64,000 nt of DNA from Chitinophagales bacterium (GTDB lineage: Bacteria > Bacteroidota > Bacteroidia > Chitinophagales > JADIYW01). Below, in pieces: positions 28,528 to 38,415 of this stretch (position 1 is its first letter; every line of letters begins with the position of its first letter). The stretch is taken from positions 7,219 to 71,218 of the forward strand of contig JBGAWK010000008.1 of NCBI GenBank assembly GCA_044227665.1, given 5' to 3'. The position numbers were made by a program, and so were the translations under genes. The notes under the pieces are model-generated. The model did no database searches and was not told the origin of the DNA. It saw only the letters and a program-made list of their open reading frames with translations.

Positions 28528-29997
28528 CTAATTTTCACATCGGTTTATGCCGGCTTTGGCTTCTGCCGCTACAGAACTCAAATACTCATGATTTTTGAAC
28601 GTAAGTGCCTTTTTATAATAGGATATAGACTGGGAACATTTATTTTGATGTTCATAGATGTTAGCAATCTTTATACAAGCATTTGCCGCAAAATAATAGG
28701 GGAGGAGACTACCCTTTTGTATAGCTAACTCATAGCTTTGTATCGCTTTCGTTGCGTTGTGTTGTAAGTCATATATTCTGCCCCAGCGATAGTAATATTC
28801 TACTTTATCTTTAGGGGATGTCAACTGTTTAATATGGATTGAAGACATAGTATTAAAAGCGCTTTGGGCATAGTTGCCATCACATAATAATCTGCATTGC
28901 AACAAAGTCTTATGTGGCAGTACGCCACTTTTGGCTTCCGCTTCCGCAGCCTTATCTTCATCTATGTTTTCTGAGCCTTTATTGAGAACCTCTTTTATAT
29001 ATTTTTGATATAATTCTGTATTGCCTTGAAGATAATAGTGCCACGCCAATTTGCGATTAGCTTCCTTAATGTAGTTTTTGCCTTTATAACCTGTGATAAA
29101 CTTCTTTAGGGGTATATCGGCATCGTTGTCTAATCTGTTGAGTTTTGCAATGCCATACATATAATCGAGATAAGGAAACGGATAATAAGAGTTGCCGCTA
29201 GGTTTTTGTACTAAAGTATTTATAATTTTATCATTATTTCCTGAATATAAAGCTACACTTGATACTATGAAATGATTCAAAAGGTTATCACCTAAAGGGA
29301 TTTTAGCGTCTTCTATGATTTGCCAAGCAGCATTCTTATCATTTTTGAGATGCAATAATAGCATGGTGTATAGAATCCAAGTTTCTTCTTTATATTCAAA
29401 AGCAGGGTCTTTGAGCAAGATGCCCAGTTCATTCATGCCTGCATCTATGTCGCCTTTCAGTCCTAGAAGTTTAGCTCCTGCACTATATTTATCGGGTATT
29501 GCACCAAATAAGGTTTTGAGGAAGGCCAAATCTTTATGATTTGGTTTGAAACCGGGAAATTTTTCTTGGTTTTCTTTCAAAAGGGAATACGCTTTCTTCA
29601 CCTCAAAAACGGCAGTAAAGTATTCTCCGAATTTTATTCTCGTGAATGCCCATTGTAAATATAGACTTGCCTGGGTGTATAAGTAATAGGGTGATTGCTT
29701 GTTTCCCTCAGCCAATTTTTCCAATCTTATGTCTTTGTTTTTTCTATAGGAATTAAACAAAGATTCATTTTCACTAATATAAATGGTAAGGAAATCTGCG
29801 TAGTTGCCAATAAAATAGGGCATAAGGTTTTTAGGATTAGATAGTTTTTCTTGCTCTAACCATTTTCTTCCTTCCTGCACTTTGAGTTTAAAAATAGCTT
29901 GATATGCTTTCTTACAATTATCTGTATAAGAAAATTCCTGAGCTATTCCCAGCACCTGGCTAAAGAGGATAGTCATAAAGAGAAATTTCCTAAACAT
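28528..29997 (-). CDS. TPR-repeat containing secreted protein, function unknown
   Basis: Signal peptide (MFRKFLFMTILFSQVLGIAQE) and multiple TPR-like helical repeats. ATG 29997 is preferred over TTG 30024. Confidence 0.6.
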   Translation of the reverse strand: MFRKFLFMTILFSQVLGIAQEFSYTDNCKKAYQAIFKLKVQEGRKWLEQEKLSNPKNLMPYFIGNYADFLTIYISENESLFNSYRKNKDIRLEKLAEGNKQSPYYLYTQASLYLQWAFTRIKFGEYFTAVFEVKKAYSLLKENQEKFPGFKPNHKDLAFLKTLFGAIPDKYSAGAKLLGLKGDIDAGMNELGILLKDPAFEYKEETWILYTMLLLHLKNDKNAAWQIIEDAKIPLGDNLLNHFIVSSVALYSGNNDKIINTLVQKPSGNSYYPFPYLDYMYGIAKLNRLDNDADIPLKKFITGYKGKNYIKEANRKLAWHYYLQGNTELYQKYIKEVLNKGSENIDEDKAAEAEAKSGVLPHKTLLQCRLLCDGNYAQSAFNTMSSIHIKQLTSPKDKVEYYYRWGRIYDLQHNATKAIQSYELAIQKGSLLPYYFAANACIKIANIYEHQNKCSQSISYYKKALTFKNHEYLSSVAAEAKAGINRCEN

Positions 29998-30052
29998 TGT
30001 ACTTGCAAATATAAGTCTTCGCAAATGGATTCACTTAGAATGTATAATTTTA

Positions 30053-31186
30053 ATGTCGGTATCTGCTACTTCTGTGTATCTTTGCCTTATGTACACAAAG
30101 GTTTTGGCATTAGCATTTTGCTGTATGTATTGGGTGTGTTACGGAATTCCACCTGAGCTGTTGGAGCAATATAGCAATTTGAACGTTTCAAATAGTTTTA
30201 TCAAGTATGATACTGCTGCCAAATATCCCATACTCTTGCCTTATACGCAAATTAGAGCAATAATGCCGGCATCTTATTCTGAAAAGGCTTTTGATATATA
30301 TTATCGTAATAATCAGAAAGTTTTACAACAAAATTATAGTTGTACTTTAGAGGATTTTGCACTTAATTTTTTATTATACTACCGCCCAGTACAAAATGTG
30401 GATTTGAAAAATAGCAAAGCATTTTTTACTGAAGAAAAAGATCGCATGATATTGCAATTTGGCAACTATCCTGTAATAGAAGAGGTAAGTTCTGAACAAG
30501 CCTATTATGAGTTTTATCTCCAAAATGGAAAAATTCATAGGGTAAAGCTTGTGGTGTATAAAGGTAATTTGGTAGGTATGATAGTTAGCGGGAATGCTCC
30601 TGCCGTCCATGCCGCTCCTGCCAATGATTTCTTATCTTCATTAGAAATTCCCCTCACCAATGAATCGAATACGGAGTCATTATTACAACCTAAACGAGAT
30701 AATAGCAATGCATCTGCAAAATCGGAAGTAGTAAAAAGTCAGGAAGAGGTTTCTACCTTATTCATCCTAAGGGATTCACTCTTTGCGATAGCGTTCCCAT
30801 CAAAGCCGATGAGGAATGATTTCTTAATCAAAAATGATATGGATTCATATCAGGTAGTCAATTTTTTTACCGAGAAAAAAAACAAGACAGAACAATACTT
30901 GGTATCTTACCGTATGTATTCGGGAGCTATTCTAAGCACAGAAGTATTTTTCAATAACGCAGCAAAAGTGTTTGCGCAGAGTTCTAAGACACAAGTTTCT
31001 GAAAGCAGAGATTTGGATTTTTATAAATTTCCTGCAAAAGAATTTATATTTAAAAGCAAAAAATCTAAATATGAAGTGCGTTATTTTGCAAAAGATAATA
31101 CATTTATACAATTGGTGATAAAGGCGAAAATAAAAGGCGAAAATAAAGTGGCAGCGGTCAGATTCTTTGATAGTTTTACGCTTTAG
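30053..31186 (+). CDS. hypothetical protein
   Basis: 377-aa ORF with a hydrophobic N-terminus and no motif I recognise. It is divergent from the TPR gene. Confidence 0.5.
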   Translation: MSVSATSVYLCLMYTKVLALAFCCMYWVCYGIPPELLEQYSNLNVSNSFIKYDTAAKYPILLPYTQIRAIMPASYSEKAFDIYYRNNQKVLQQNYSCTLEDFALNFLLYYRPVQNVDLKNSKAFFTEEKDRMILQFGNYPVIEEVSSEQAYYEFYLQNGKIHRVKLVVYKGNLVGMIVSGNAPAVHAAPANDFLSSLEIPLTNESNTESLLQPKRDNSNASAKSEVVKSQEEVSTLFILRDSLFAIAFPSKPMRNDFLIKNDMDSYQVVNFFTEKKNKTEQYLVSYRMYSGAILSTEVFFNNAAKVFAQSSKTQVSESRDLDFYKFPAKEFIFKSKKSKYEVRYFAKDNTFIQLVIKAKIKGENKVAAVRFFDSFTL

Positions 31187-31200
31187 ATAAATACTTCTTC

Positions 31201-34200
31201 ATGCAGCTTGACGCTTTTTTATCATTATATGCACATGACGAACGTATAGCAGCTATAATATCTTCTTTAGCTAGGGATAAGTCCCCTTTGGCTGTACGTA
31301 ATATAAGAGGGTCAGCGCAGTCTGTAGCGGTAGTGGCGGTAGCCCTAAAGTGTACAAATTCACAGTTATTTATTGCCGATAGTAAGGAGGCAGCAGAATC
31401 GTTATTTGTGGATGTACAGGTATTATTGCCAGGCAAAGAGATACTGCTCTTCTTGAGTGGCTACAAAAAGCCTCATGCCTTTGATACCATAGTGAACCAT
31501 AATGTACTGTCGAGAACACAAGTTATAGATGCCCTAAACCGCTATCCTAGACAGCAAATAATCGTTACCTACCCGGAAGCCATACTAGAAAATGTAGTTT
31601 CTGAAAAAATATTGAAAGACAATACTTTACATCTTAAAGTTGCAGCAAAAGTAGATATAGATTTCATGTTTGATATACTGTTGACGTATGGTTTTGAACG
31701 TGTAGATTTTGTCTATGAACCGGGGGAGTTTTCTATACGCGGAGGCATCATAGATATCTATTCTTTTGGTAATGAATATCCATATAGAGTTGAACTTTTC
31801 GGCGATGAAGTGGAGAGCATTAGAATTTTTGACCCACAGACACAATTATCGCAGAAGAAGGTCTCGGAGCTTACCATTATCCCCAATGTAGATAGACAGG
31901 AAAAGGAAGTACAGCATGTTTCTATCTTAGATTATCTACACGAAGAAGCACTGGTGTGGGTGCAAGATAAAGATGCCCTGTTAGATAGGCTACATACCCA
32001 ATACGCTAAAGCTATACATGTAGCAAATATGCTGCATCCTAGTAAAGATGCTGCGCATCCCCTGCTTTCCAAGCCTTTGGAAGAACAATTTTCTCAACCC
32101 TCAGCGTTGCTACAACATCTTATAGACTATAAGATTTTAAGTTTGAATAGGCCACTAGAGGACGGTGAATACCTAGACTGGAATACAGAAGTGCAGCCAA
32201 GTTTTAATAAAAACTTTGACTTGCTTATCAAGTCTTTACAGCAGTATTGTGAGAAGGGATACCGCAATATGTTATGGTCGGATAATCCAAAACAGATAGA
32301 TCGTTTTTACCATATTTTTGAAGACCTCAAAGCCGGAAAAATATTTGAGCCCATGCATTTTGCGTTAAGTGAAGGCTATATAGACACCTATGCAAGGGTA
32401 CTATGCTTTACCGATCATCAAATATTTGAACGCTACCATAAATATGCTGCCAAAGATAAGTTCTCTCGTGATAAAATGCTTACCATAAAGGCATTACAGG
32501 ACTTACAGCCTGGGGATTTTGTAACACATATTGACCATGGTGTAGGAAAATTTTCAGGACTACAAAAACTGGAAATAAACGGAAATACGCAAGAAGCTGT
32601 ACGAATTATTTATCGAGATAATGATATTTTGTATGTAAATATTCAATCATTACATAAGATATCAAAATTTTCAGGCAAAGAAGGTACTGTGCCAAATCTC
32701 AATAAGCTGGGTAGTGATGCTTGGAATAACCTGAAAGAGAAAACTAAGAAGAAAGTCAAAGAACTGGCCTTTGACCTTATCTCACTATATGCCAAACGGA
32801 AGTCGCAACGCGGCTATGCATTTAGTAAAGACAATTATCTCCAAGATGAGTTGGAAGCCTCCTTCATGTATGAAGATACTCCTGATCAGTTTACGGCAAC
32901 ACTGGATGTAAAGAACGACATGCAGAAGCCCTATCCCATGGATAGGCTTATCTGTGGAGATGTAGGATTCGGGAAGACGGAGATAGCGATAAGAGCGGCA
33001 TTCAAGGCAGTAGCAGACGGCAAGCAAGCAGCGGTATTGGTGCCCACTACGATCTTAGCTTGGCAACATTACAAGTCGTTTACAAGTCGTTTTAAGGATT
33101 TTCCGGTAAGTATTGACTATATAAGCCGATTCAAATCTCCCGCAGAGAAGAAGCTTACTTTGGCGAGGCTCAAAGAAGGGAAGTTGGATATAGTAATAGG
33201 CACCCATGCATTACTTTCCAAAAATATTGAGTTCAAAGATTTAGGATTATTGATTATTGACGAGGAACAGAAATTTGGCGTTGGTGCCAAGGAAAAATTA
33301 CGCAGTATTTCTTCACAAGTAGATACGCTCACCCTTACAGCTACGCCTATACCGCGGACATTGAAATTTTCTATGATGGGCGCACGAGATATCTCTAATA
33401 TCATGACACCGCCACCCAATAGGCAGCCGGTGACTACTGAGGTAGTAGTATTTTCTCCCGATAGTATAAAGGATGCTATCAATTTTGAGTTATACCGAAG
33501 TGGGCAGGTTTTTTTCGTACACAATAGGGTGAGCAACCTACATGAAGTAGAGAAAATGGTAAAGTCGCTAGTGCCTGAAGCTGATGTTCGCATAGCACAT
33601 GGACAGATGGAAGGGGATGCCTTGGAAGCTGTTATGATGGATTTTATCAACGGAAAATTTGATGTGCTCGTTTCCACCAATATCATTGAAGCAGGATTGG
33701 ATATTCCCAATGCCAATACTATCATTATACATAATGCTCAAAATTTTGGACTTAGTGACCTTCATCAGATGCGAGGAAGGGTAGGGCGTAGCAACCGCAA
33801 AGCCTACTGCTACCTTATTTGTCCACCCAAAAGCAGCCTCACCTACGAAGCACGCCGTAGATTACAGACTTTGGAGGAATTCTCAGACCTAGGCAGTGGC
33901 TTCCATATTGCGATGAGAGACCTAGATATTAGAGGGGCTGGAAACCTCTTGGGTGCAGAACAAAGTGGCTTTATCTCGGATATAGGCTTTGAAACCTACC
34001 AGAAGATACTGGATGAAGCGATTATGGAACTGAAATTTACCACATTCAGAGAGGTATTTGAGGAGCAATTACTCCAGCAACCCTTTGTACGTGATTGCAG
34101 CATAGAGACCGACTGTGAGATGCTCATACCTCAGGCGTATGTATCTAGTTCCGAGGAAAGGCTGAAGCTATATACTGATTTGGATAAGCTGAGTACAGAG

Positions 34201-34539
34201 GAAGAGATTGTACTATTTCGTCAGATGCTTACGGATCGTTTTGGGAAAATACCTTCACAAGTGGATGAGCTGCTAGATGGGATAAGGATAAGGTGGATAG
34301 CCAAAAAAGTGGGTTTTGAACGCATAATACTCAAAAGTAATAAGCTCCGCTGCTATTTTGTAGAAAATCAAAACTCTCCGTATTATGACTCTGAAGTATT
34401 CAAAAACGTAATGAACAAGATGCAAGAACAACGGCGAAAGCCTACGCTAAAGCAGTCGGGAACAAACTTCTTGCTCATATATGACCATATCCAAAATATT
34501 GGGCAAGCAGAGGAAATACTAAAGGAATTGGAAGTATAG
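31201..34539 (+). CDS. mfd: transcription-repair coupling factor
   Basis: 1112 aa with an UvrB-homology N-terminus, a CarD-like domain (GDFVTHIDHGVGKF), and SF2 helicase motifs (GDVGFGKTE, DEEQKFG, QMRGRVGRS). Confidence 0.95.
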   Translation: MQLDAFLSLYAHDERIAAIISSLARDKSPLAVRNIRGSAQSVAVVAVALKCTNSQLFIADSKEAAESLFVDVQVLLPGKEILLFLSGYKKPHAFDTIVNHNVLSRTQVIDALNRYPRQQIIVTYPEAILENVVSEKILKDNTLHLKVAAKVDIDFMFDILLTYGFERVDFVYEPGEFSIRGGIIDIYSFGNEYPYRVELFGDEVESIRIFDPQTQLSQKKVSELTIIPNVDRQEKEVQHVSILDYLHEEALVWVQDKDALLDRLHTQYAKAIHVANMLHPSKDAAHPLLSKPLEEQFSQPSALLQHLIDYKILSLNRPLEDGEYLDWNTEVQPSFNKNFDLLIKSLQQYCEKGYRNMLWSDNPKQIDRFYHIFEDLKAGKIFEPMHFALSEGYIDTYARVLCFTDHQIFERYHKYAAKDKFSRDKMLTIKALQDLQPGDFVTHIDHGVGKFSGLQKLEINGNTQEAVRIIYRDNDILYVNIQSLHKISKFSGKEGTVPNLNKLGSDAWNNLKEKTKKKVKELAFDLISLYAKRKSQRGYAFSKDNYLQDELEASFMYEDTPDQFTATLDVKNDMQKPYPMDRLICGDVGFGKTEIAIRAAFKAVADGKQAAVLVPTTILAWQHYKSFTSRFKDFPVSIDYISRFKSPAEKKLTLARLKEGKLDIVIGTHALLSKNIEFKDLGLLIIDEEQKFGVGAKEKLRSISSQVDTLTLTATPIPRTLKFSMMGARDISNIMTPPPNRQPVTTEVVVFSPDSIKDAINFELYRSGQVFFVHNRVSNLHEVEKMVKSLVPEADVRIAHGQMEGDALEAVMMDFINGKFDVLVSTNIIEAGLDIPNANTIIIHNAQNFGLSDLHQMRGRVGRSNRKAYCYLICPPKSSLTYEARRRLQTLEEFSDLGSGFHIAMRDLDIRGAGNLLGAEQSGFISDIGFETYQKILDEAIMELKFTTFREVFEEQLLQQPFVRDCSIETDCEMLIPQAYVSSSEERLKLYTDLDKLSTEEEIVLFRQMLTDRFGKIPSQVDELLDGIRIRWIAKKVGFERIILKSNKLRCYFVENQNSPYYDSEVFKNVMNKMQEQRRKPTLKQSGTNFLLIYDHIQNIGQAEEILKELEV

Positions 34540-34612
34540 ATACTCGTATTTTAATTCTTTAAAAGAATTTATTTAGAGGGTGTAAGATGAAAATAAAATG
34601 GCTTATCAATCA

Positions 34613-35257
34613 TTATTTTAACATGCTTTTTTTATCCTGATGTAAAAAAAAGTGAGGGTAATTTTTCTTTAATAACATCACAAACATATCGTGCGGTACA
34701 TCATGGAAGACTCCATAATCTTGGAGATAGTCCATGAATTTTCCACCTTCTTTGTCATATTCCTGAAATATGGAGTCTTCTATTCCATCAAATTCTAAGG
34801 GTGCTACATCCAAATGCTCGCATAGGGCTTTATTAAATGCGGGTGTTGCTTTCACCCATCTATCATTGAGATATACTTCGCTACAGGCATGGAATACTAA
34901 TACCTCCGTTTTTAGGATTTCTATCAGACGTTCTACTCCTATATGATTTTTTACATCAAAAAAATGAAATCTTGAGGGTATGCCCACAGCACGAAGACAT
35001 GCATTGTAAACACAGGCTTTTTCTATACAATATCCCTGAGCCTTCTCTCTTTGTATGATGCTGCTGGCTTTCATATCCTTGTGTGCCAGCGAAATATTGT
35101 AGGGATTGTAGCGTATGTCATCCCTAACAGCGTAGTATAAGGCAACGGCTTTTGCTATATCATCTTTACAATCTAAGGTTTTTCTTTCAGCATATTCGAC
35201 TATAGCAGGATGTTGTGCATCTACAAAGTAGGTAGGATGCAGGTACAGTTCGTTCAT
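34613..35257 (-). CDS. transglutaminase-like cysteine peptidase family protein
   Basis: Core motif QGYCIEKACVYNACLRAVGIPSRF with downstream His and Asp, consistent with the transglutaminase-core fold. Confidence 0.7.
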   Translation of the reverse strand: MNELYLHPTYFVDAQHPAIVEYAERKTLDCKDDIAKAVALYYAVRDDIRYNPYNISLAHKDMKASSIIQREKAQGYCIEKACVYNACLRAVGIPSRFHFFDVKNHIGVERLIEILKTEVLVFHACSEVYLNDRWVKATPAFNKALCEHLDVAPLEFDGIEDSIFQEYDKEGGKFMDYLQDYGVFHDVPHDMFVMLLKKNYPHFFLHQDKKSMLK

Positions 35258-35340
35258 CAGTCAAAGGTAGCAGATATTATACTGAATTGTAATTTGCAGT
35301 AGCGAGAAAATAGAATTTTCTTATGTAACTTTGCTTCGGA

Positions 35341-35766
35341 ATGAACAAAATATTGATTATCAACGGACCAAATCTAAATCTTCTGGGAAAGCGAGAACCT
35401 GATATTTATGGAAATGTAAGTTTTGACAATGCGCTAGTAGAATGGCAAAATGAGTACGAATCTATATCTATAGCTTATTTTCAAAGTAATATAGAAGGGG
35501 AGATTATTAACAAAATTCATGAAGTAGGCTTTGATTATGATGGTATTATCCTGAATGCCGGAGCTTATACCCATACATCTGTGGCTATAGCCGATGCCAT
35601 AAAGTCTGTAACTACGCCGGTAGTAGAAGTGCATATCAGTAATACCTTTGCGCGAGAAGCTTTTCGGCATCATTCGTATTTGTCGCCTGTATGTAAAGGC
35701 GTGATTGTAGGCTTTGGTTTGGATTCTTATCGTCTGGCACTGACATTTTTTTCGCAAAAATCATAA
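35341..35766 (+). CDS. aroQ: type II 3-dehydroquinate dehydratase
   Basis: ILIINGPNLNLLGKREPDIYG, NAGAYTHTSVA and HISN motifs. Confidence 0.92.
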   Translation: MNKILIINGPNLNLLGKREPDIYGNVSFDNALVEWQNEYESISIAYFQSNIEGEIINKIHEVGFDYDGIILNAGAYTHTSVAIADAIKSVTTPVVEVHISNTFAREAFRHHSYLSPVCKGVIVGFGLDSYRLALTFFSQKS

Positions 35767-36791
35767 ATGATTTTTGCTGCATTTTCCATGGGTAGAGAAT
35801 ACATTTTTTCTAATATTAGTTTACGAAAGTCAGTATTCTGAGATTTTATAAATTCCAATTTCTCTATAATATTACCTGCGTTGCAGTCGTGCTGGATACA
35901 CTCGGGAAATAGTGTTTGTTCTGTAAGGATATTTACTAATGAAATCCATTTAAGCTTAACAAAGTTTTTTGCTATCAAATAGTTGATTCTATTTGTTTTG
36001 TATATAACTACAGAAGGTATGTTTATTAGGCCTGCTTCTAGCGTAGCAGTTCCTGATGCTACTATTGCAGCTTCAGCGTTATGAAGTACATCATGAGGGT
36101 TGTCCATCATAGTAGTTATGTTTTTAGGGATTCCCTTATATTTTATGCTACCTATTCCTGCAAGAATAAATCGTTGATGTGACATGATTTTTGCAATATC
36201 ACATAGAATGGGTAAGTGTTTGTCTATTTCTTGTTTTCTACTCCCTGGAAATAGGGCTATGTAGTCACTTTTTTTAGAAATTGTTTTATTGACAATATTT
36301 TGCAGTAGTGGATGTGTAACGTAATGTGCTTCAATATGCTCTTTTATATATATACTTTTTTCGAATGGTAATATGCACAGCATTTTGTCCACATATTTCT
36401 TAATTGTATAAATTCTATGGTACTTCCATGCCCAAATCTGTGGGGAAATATAATAGATAACGTTGTAGCCATTTTTTTTGCACCATTTAGCCATTCTGAT
36501 ATTGAATCCGGGATAGTCCACTAAGATTATTACATCAGGATGAAAACTTTTTATGCTATTTTGGGCTATAAAGAAATTTTTTAATATTGTAAAAAAATTC
36601 CAAATTACTTGCGTGAAGCCCATGAATGAAAGGTAGGATAACTCCCTATCTATCTTTGCGCCTACATTTCGCATTTTCACACCTCCAAATCCTCTGAAAG
36701 TAGCATGTGAATCATAGCTTTTAATATTTTGTATTACTGATGCGGCATGACTGTCACCTGAAGATTCGCCAGCTATTAAGTAATATTTCAA
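35727..36791 (-). CDS. lpxB: lipid-A-disaccharide synthase
   Basis: Begins (TTG)KYYLIAGESSGD, the conserved LpxB N-terminus, and has GTATLE later. The TTG start at 36791 overlaps the TGA stop of the upstream small ORF (gTTTGAaa). The track ORF start at 36917 adds an implausible 42-aa extension. Confidence 0.85.
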   Translation of the reverse strand: MKYYLIAGESSGDSHAASVIQNIKSYDSHATFRGFGGVKMRNVGAKIDRELSYLSFMGFTQVIWNFFTILKNFFIAQNSIKSFHPDVIILVDYPGFNIRMAKWCKKNGYNVIYYISPQIWAWKYHRIYTIKKYVDKMLCILPFEKSIYIKEHIEAHYVTHPLLQNIVNKTISKKSDYIALFPGSRKQEIDKHLPILCDIAKIMSHQRFILAGIGSIKYKGIPKNITTMMDNPHDVLHNAEAAIVASGTATLEAGLINIPSVVIYKTNRINYLIAKNFVKLKWISLVNILTEQTLFPECIQHDCNAGNIIEKLEFIKSQNTDFRKLILEKMYSLPMENAAKIIYDFCEKNVSARR

Positions 36792-37090
36792 ACTAAAAAC
36801 ATTAAATAAAACATAAGTAATAAGTAGATAAGTGTGGCATATATTACCCCTCTGCAAAACAATAGTATATGCATAAAGTTGCCTGCTAATATTAGAGGAA
36901 GGTTGAAGAAGATACAAATCTTTAATAGTCTGGCCGTATTGAACTTTTGTGCTGCAAATCTCAGATACCCTTCTAGGTCATACATATTATACTTTAGTAT
37001 AAATAAAAGAAAAAATATAGCTATAGGTAAAATTATACCGACAATGAATCCAATATGACTTTTGTCTAACTTATTTTTTATAGATGCCAT
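36788..37090 (-). CDS. small hydrophobic membrane protein (100 aa), function unknown
   Basis: Three predicted TM segments. Its ATG lies inside the last codons of surE and its stop overlaps the lpxB start, suggesting translational coupling. Confidence 0.5.
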   Translation of the reverse strand: MASIKNKLDKSHIGFIVGIILPIAIFFLLFILKYNMYDLEGYLRFAAQKFNTARLLKICIFFNLPLILAGNFMHILLFCRGVIYATLIYLLLMFYLMFLV

Positions 37091-37845
37091 TTGCTATTTA
37101 AAAAAGATATACCATGATGTGCTGTGAAATCAAAGTGTACGGGTACTATTGACACATATCCATTGTCTAATGCCCATTCGTCTGTATCTACACCCTGATC
37201 CAAATTTTCAAAACGACCTGTAAGCCAATAATATTGTTTTCCTCTAGGGTCTGTTCTAGCTTCGTAATCTTCTACCCACCTGGCTATGGCTTGTCTGCAA
37301 ATTTTTACGCCCTTTATATCGCTGATAGGTAGTTTGGGTATATTTACATTCAGTAAGGTGTCTGTGGGCAAACCGTGTACGAGTACTTGCTCTATAATAT
37401 GTCCTGCATATACCTTGGAGGCTTCAAAATCTGCATCAAAATTATAGTCTAATAGTGAAAATCCTATTGAAGCTATGCCGTTGATACCACCTTCCATTGC
37501 AGCAGACATAGTACCAGAGTATATTACATTTATAGATGAATTTGATCCATGATTAATTCCTGACACACATAAATCAGGTTTTCTAGGCAATAATTTATCC
37601 ATAGCTAATTTTACACAATCGGCAGGAGTACCACTACATTGATAACTTTTGATATCCTTAAATTGGTGCGTTTCTTCTACATATAATGGAATATCTAATG
37701 TGATGGCGTGTCCCTTGCCTGACTGTGGACTGTCGGGGGCGCATACTACTACGTCTCCAAAGGTTGAAGCCACATCTACCAAGGCTTTTATTCCGGGGGA
37801 TATGATGCCATCATCATTTGTAACCAAAATTAAAGGCTTGTTCAT
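37078..37845 (-). CDS. surE: 5'/3'-nucleotidase SurE
   Basis: MNKPLILVTNDDGI..., GINHGSN and YSGTMSAAMEG motifs. ATG 37845 is chosen. Confidence 0.92.
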   Translation of the reverse strand: MNKPLILVTNDDGIISPGIKALVDVASTFGDVVVCAPDSPQSGKGHAITLDIPLYVEETHQFKDIKSYQCSGTPADCVKLAMDKLLPRKPDLCVSGINHGSNSSINVIYSGTMSAAMEGGINGIASIGFSLLDYNFDADFEASKVYAGHIIEQVLVHGLPTDTLLNVNIPKLPISDIKGVKICRQAIARWVEDYEARTDPRGKQYYWLTGRFENLDQGVDTDEWALDNGYVSIVPVHFDFTAHHGISFLNSKWHL

Positions 37846-37910
37846 GGCATAAAAGTACAAATAGAAATGTTAAAATCCAATAAAAACTTGCTATATATAG
37901 ACAAATGACG

Positions 37911-37918
37911 TAAATTTG
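37911..37918 (+). promoter_or_regulatory. candidate -7 promoter box for the Xre-RES pair
   Basis: TAAATTTG, with a TTG 20 nt upstream (37888..37890). The box includes the TTG that the ORF track used as a start, which argues for the downstream ATG at 37937. Confidence 0.4.
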
Positions 37919-37936
37919 GAGACAAATGTTTTCGAT

Positions 37937-38413
37937 ATGAAAGAATATAAAAGAAATGAAGATAAAGGTGGGATGGAGGTACGGGAAGCATCACTAGGAT
38001 TTCCTGCCTATGCCGCAATTACTTTATTGTCCGAAAGTCCATTGTATGCCCATGCCTCCATAATGAAAGGCATTACGTATGATGTATTTGACCAATTACA
38101 ATCCAAGCTAGACATCTCAGAAGAGAAATGGGCAGAAATATTATGTCTTTCTGTAAAGTCATTACAGCGTTACAAAAAAGAAAAAGATTTTCGATTTAAG
38201 CCCATCCATACCGAGAAGATATTAGAGATATCAGAGGTGGTGGCTTTAGGTATGCGCGTATTTGAGGATAATATAAGCCATTTTAATACTTGGCTGGCTA
38301 CAGAGTCATTTATATTGGGAAATCACAGTCCTATAGATTTAATTTCTGATTCGTATGGCAAGGAGATGGTCATGCAGGAGCTCACAAATATTGAACAAGG
38401 TATATTTATATAG
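37937..38413 (+). CDS. Xre/MbcA/ParS-like antitoxin (DUF2384 C-terminal domain)
   Basis: The C-terminal FNTWLATESFILGNHSPIDLISDSYGKEMVMQELTNIEQGIF matches the DUF2384 pattern (WL...LGG..P.DLL...G...V...L..IE.G). It sits immediately upstream of a RES gene. Confidence 0.75.
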   Translation: MKEYKRNEDKGGMEVREASLGFPAYAAITLLSESPLYAHASIMKGITYDVFDQLQSKLDISEEKWAEILCLSVKSLQRYKKEKDFRFKPIHTEKILEISEVVALGMRVFEDNISHFNTWLATESFILGNHSPIDLISDSYGKEMVMQELTNIEQGIFI

Positions 38414-38415
38414 TT

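Noticed and set aside
33117-33725. A 202-aa ORF antisense to mfd. Similar long antisense ORFs occur at 39125..39532 in the E2 gene, 44634..44975 in the acyl-CoA dehydrogenase gene, 24090..24425 in rlmI, and 25556..25909 in thyA.
   Set aside because: All lie fully inside strongly supported conserved genes. They have Ser/Cys/Ile-rich, low-complexity translations and no start context or motif. This is the typical open antisense frame of coding DNA.
35727-35766. A 40-nt convergent overlap of the aroQ and lpxB 3' ends.
   Set aside because: Both C-termini are plausible and neither has an earlier in-frame stop. This is noted as a compact-genome feature, not as evidence of a hidden element.
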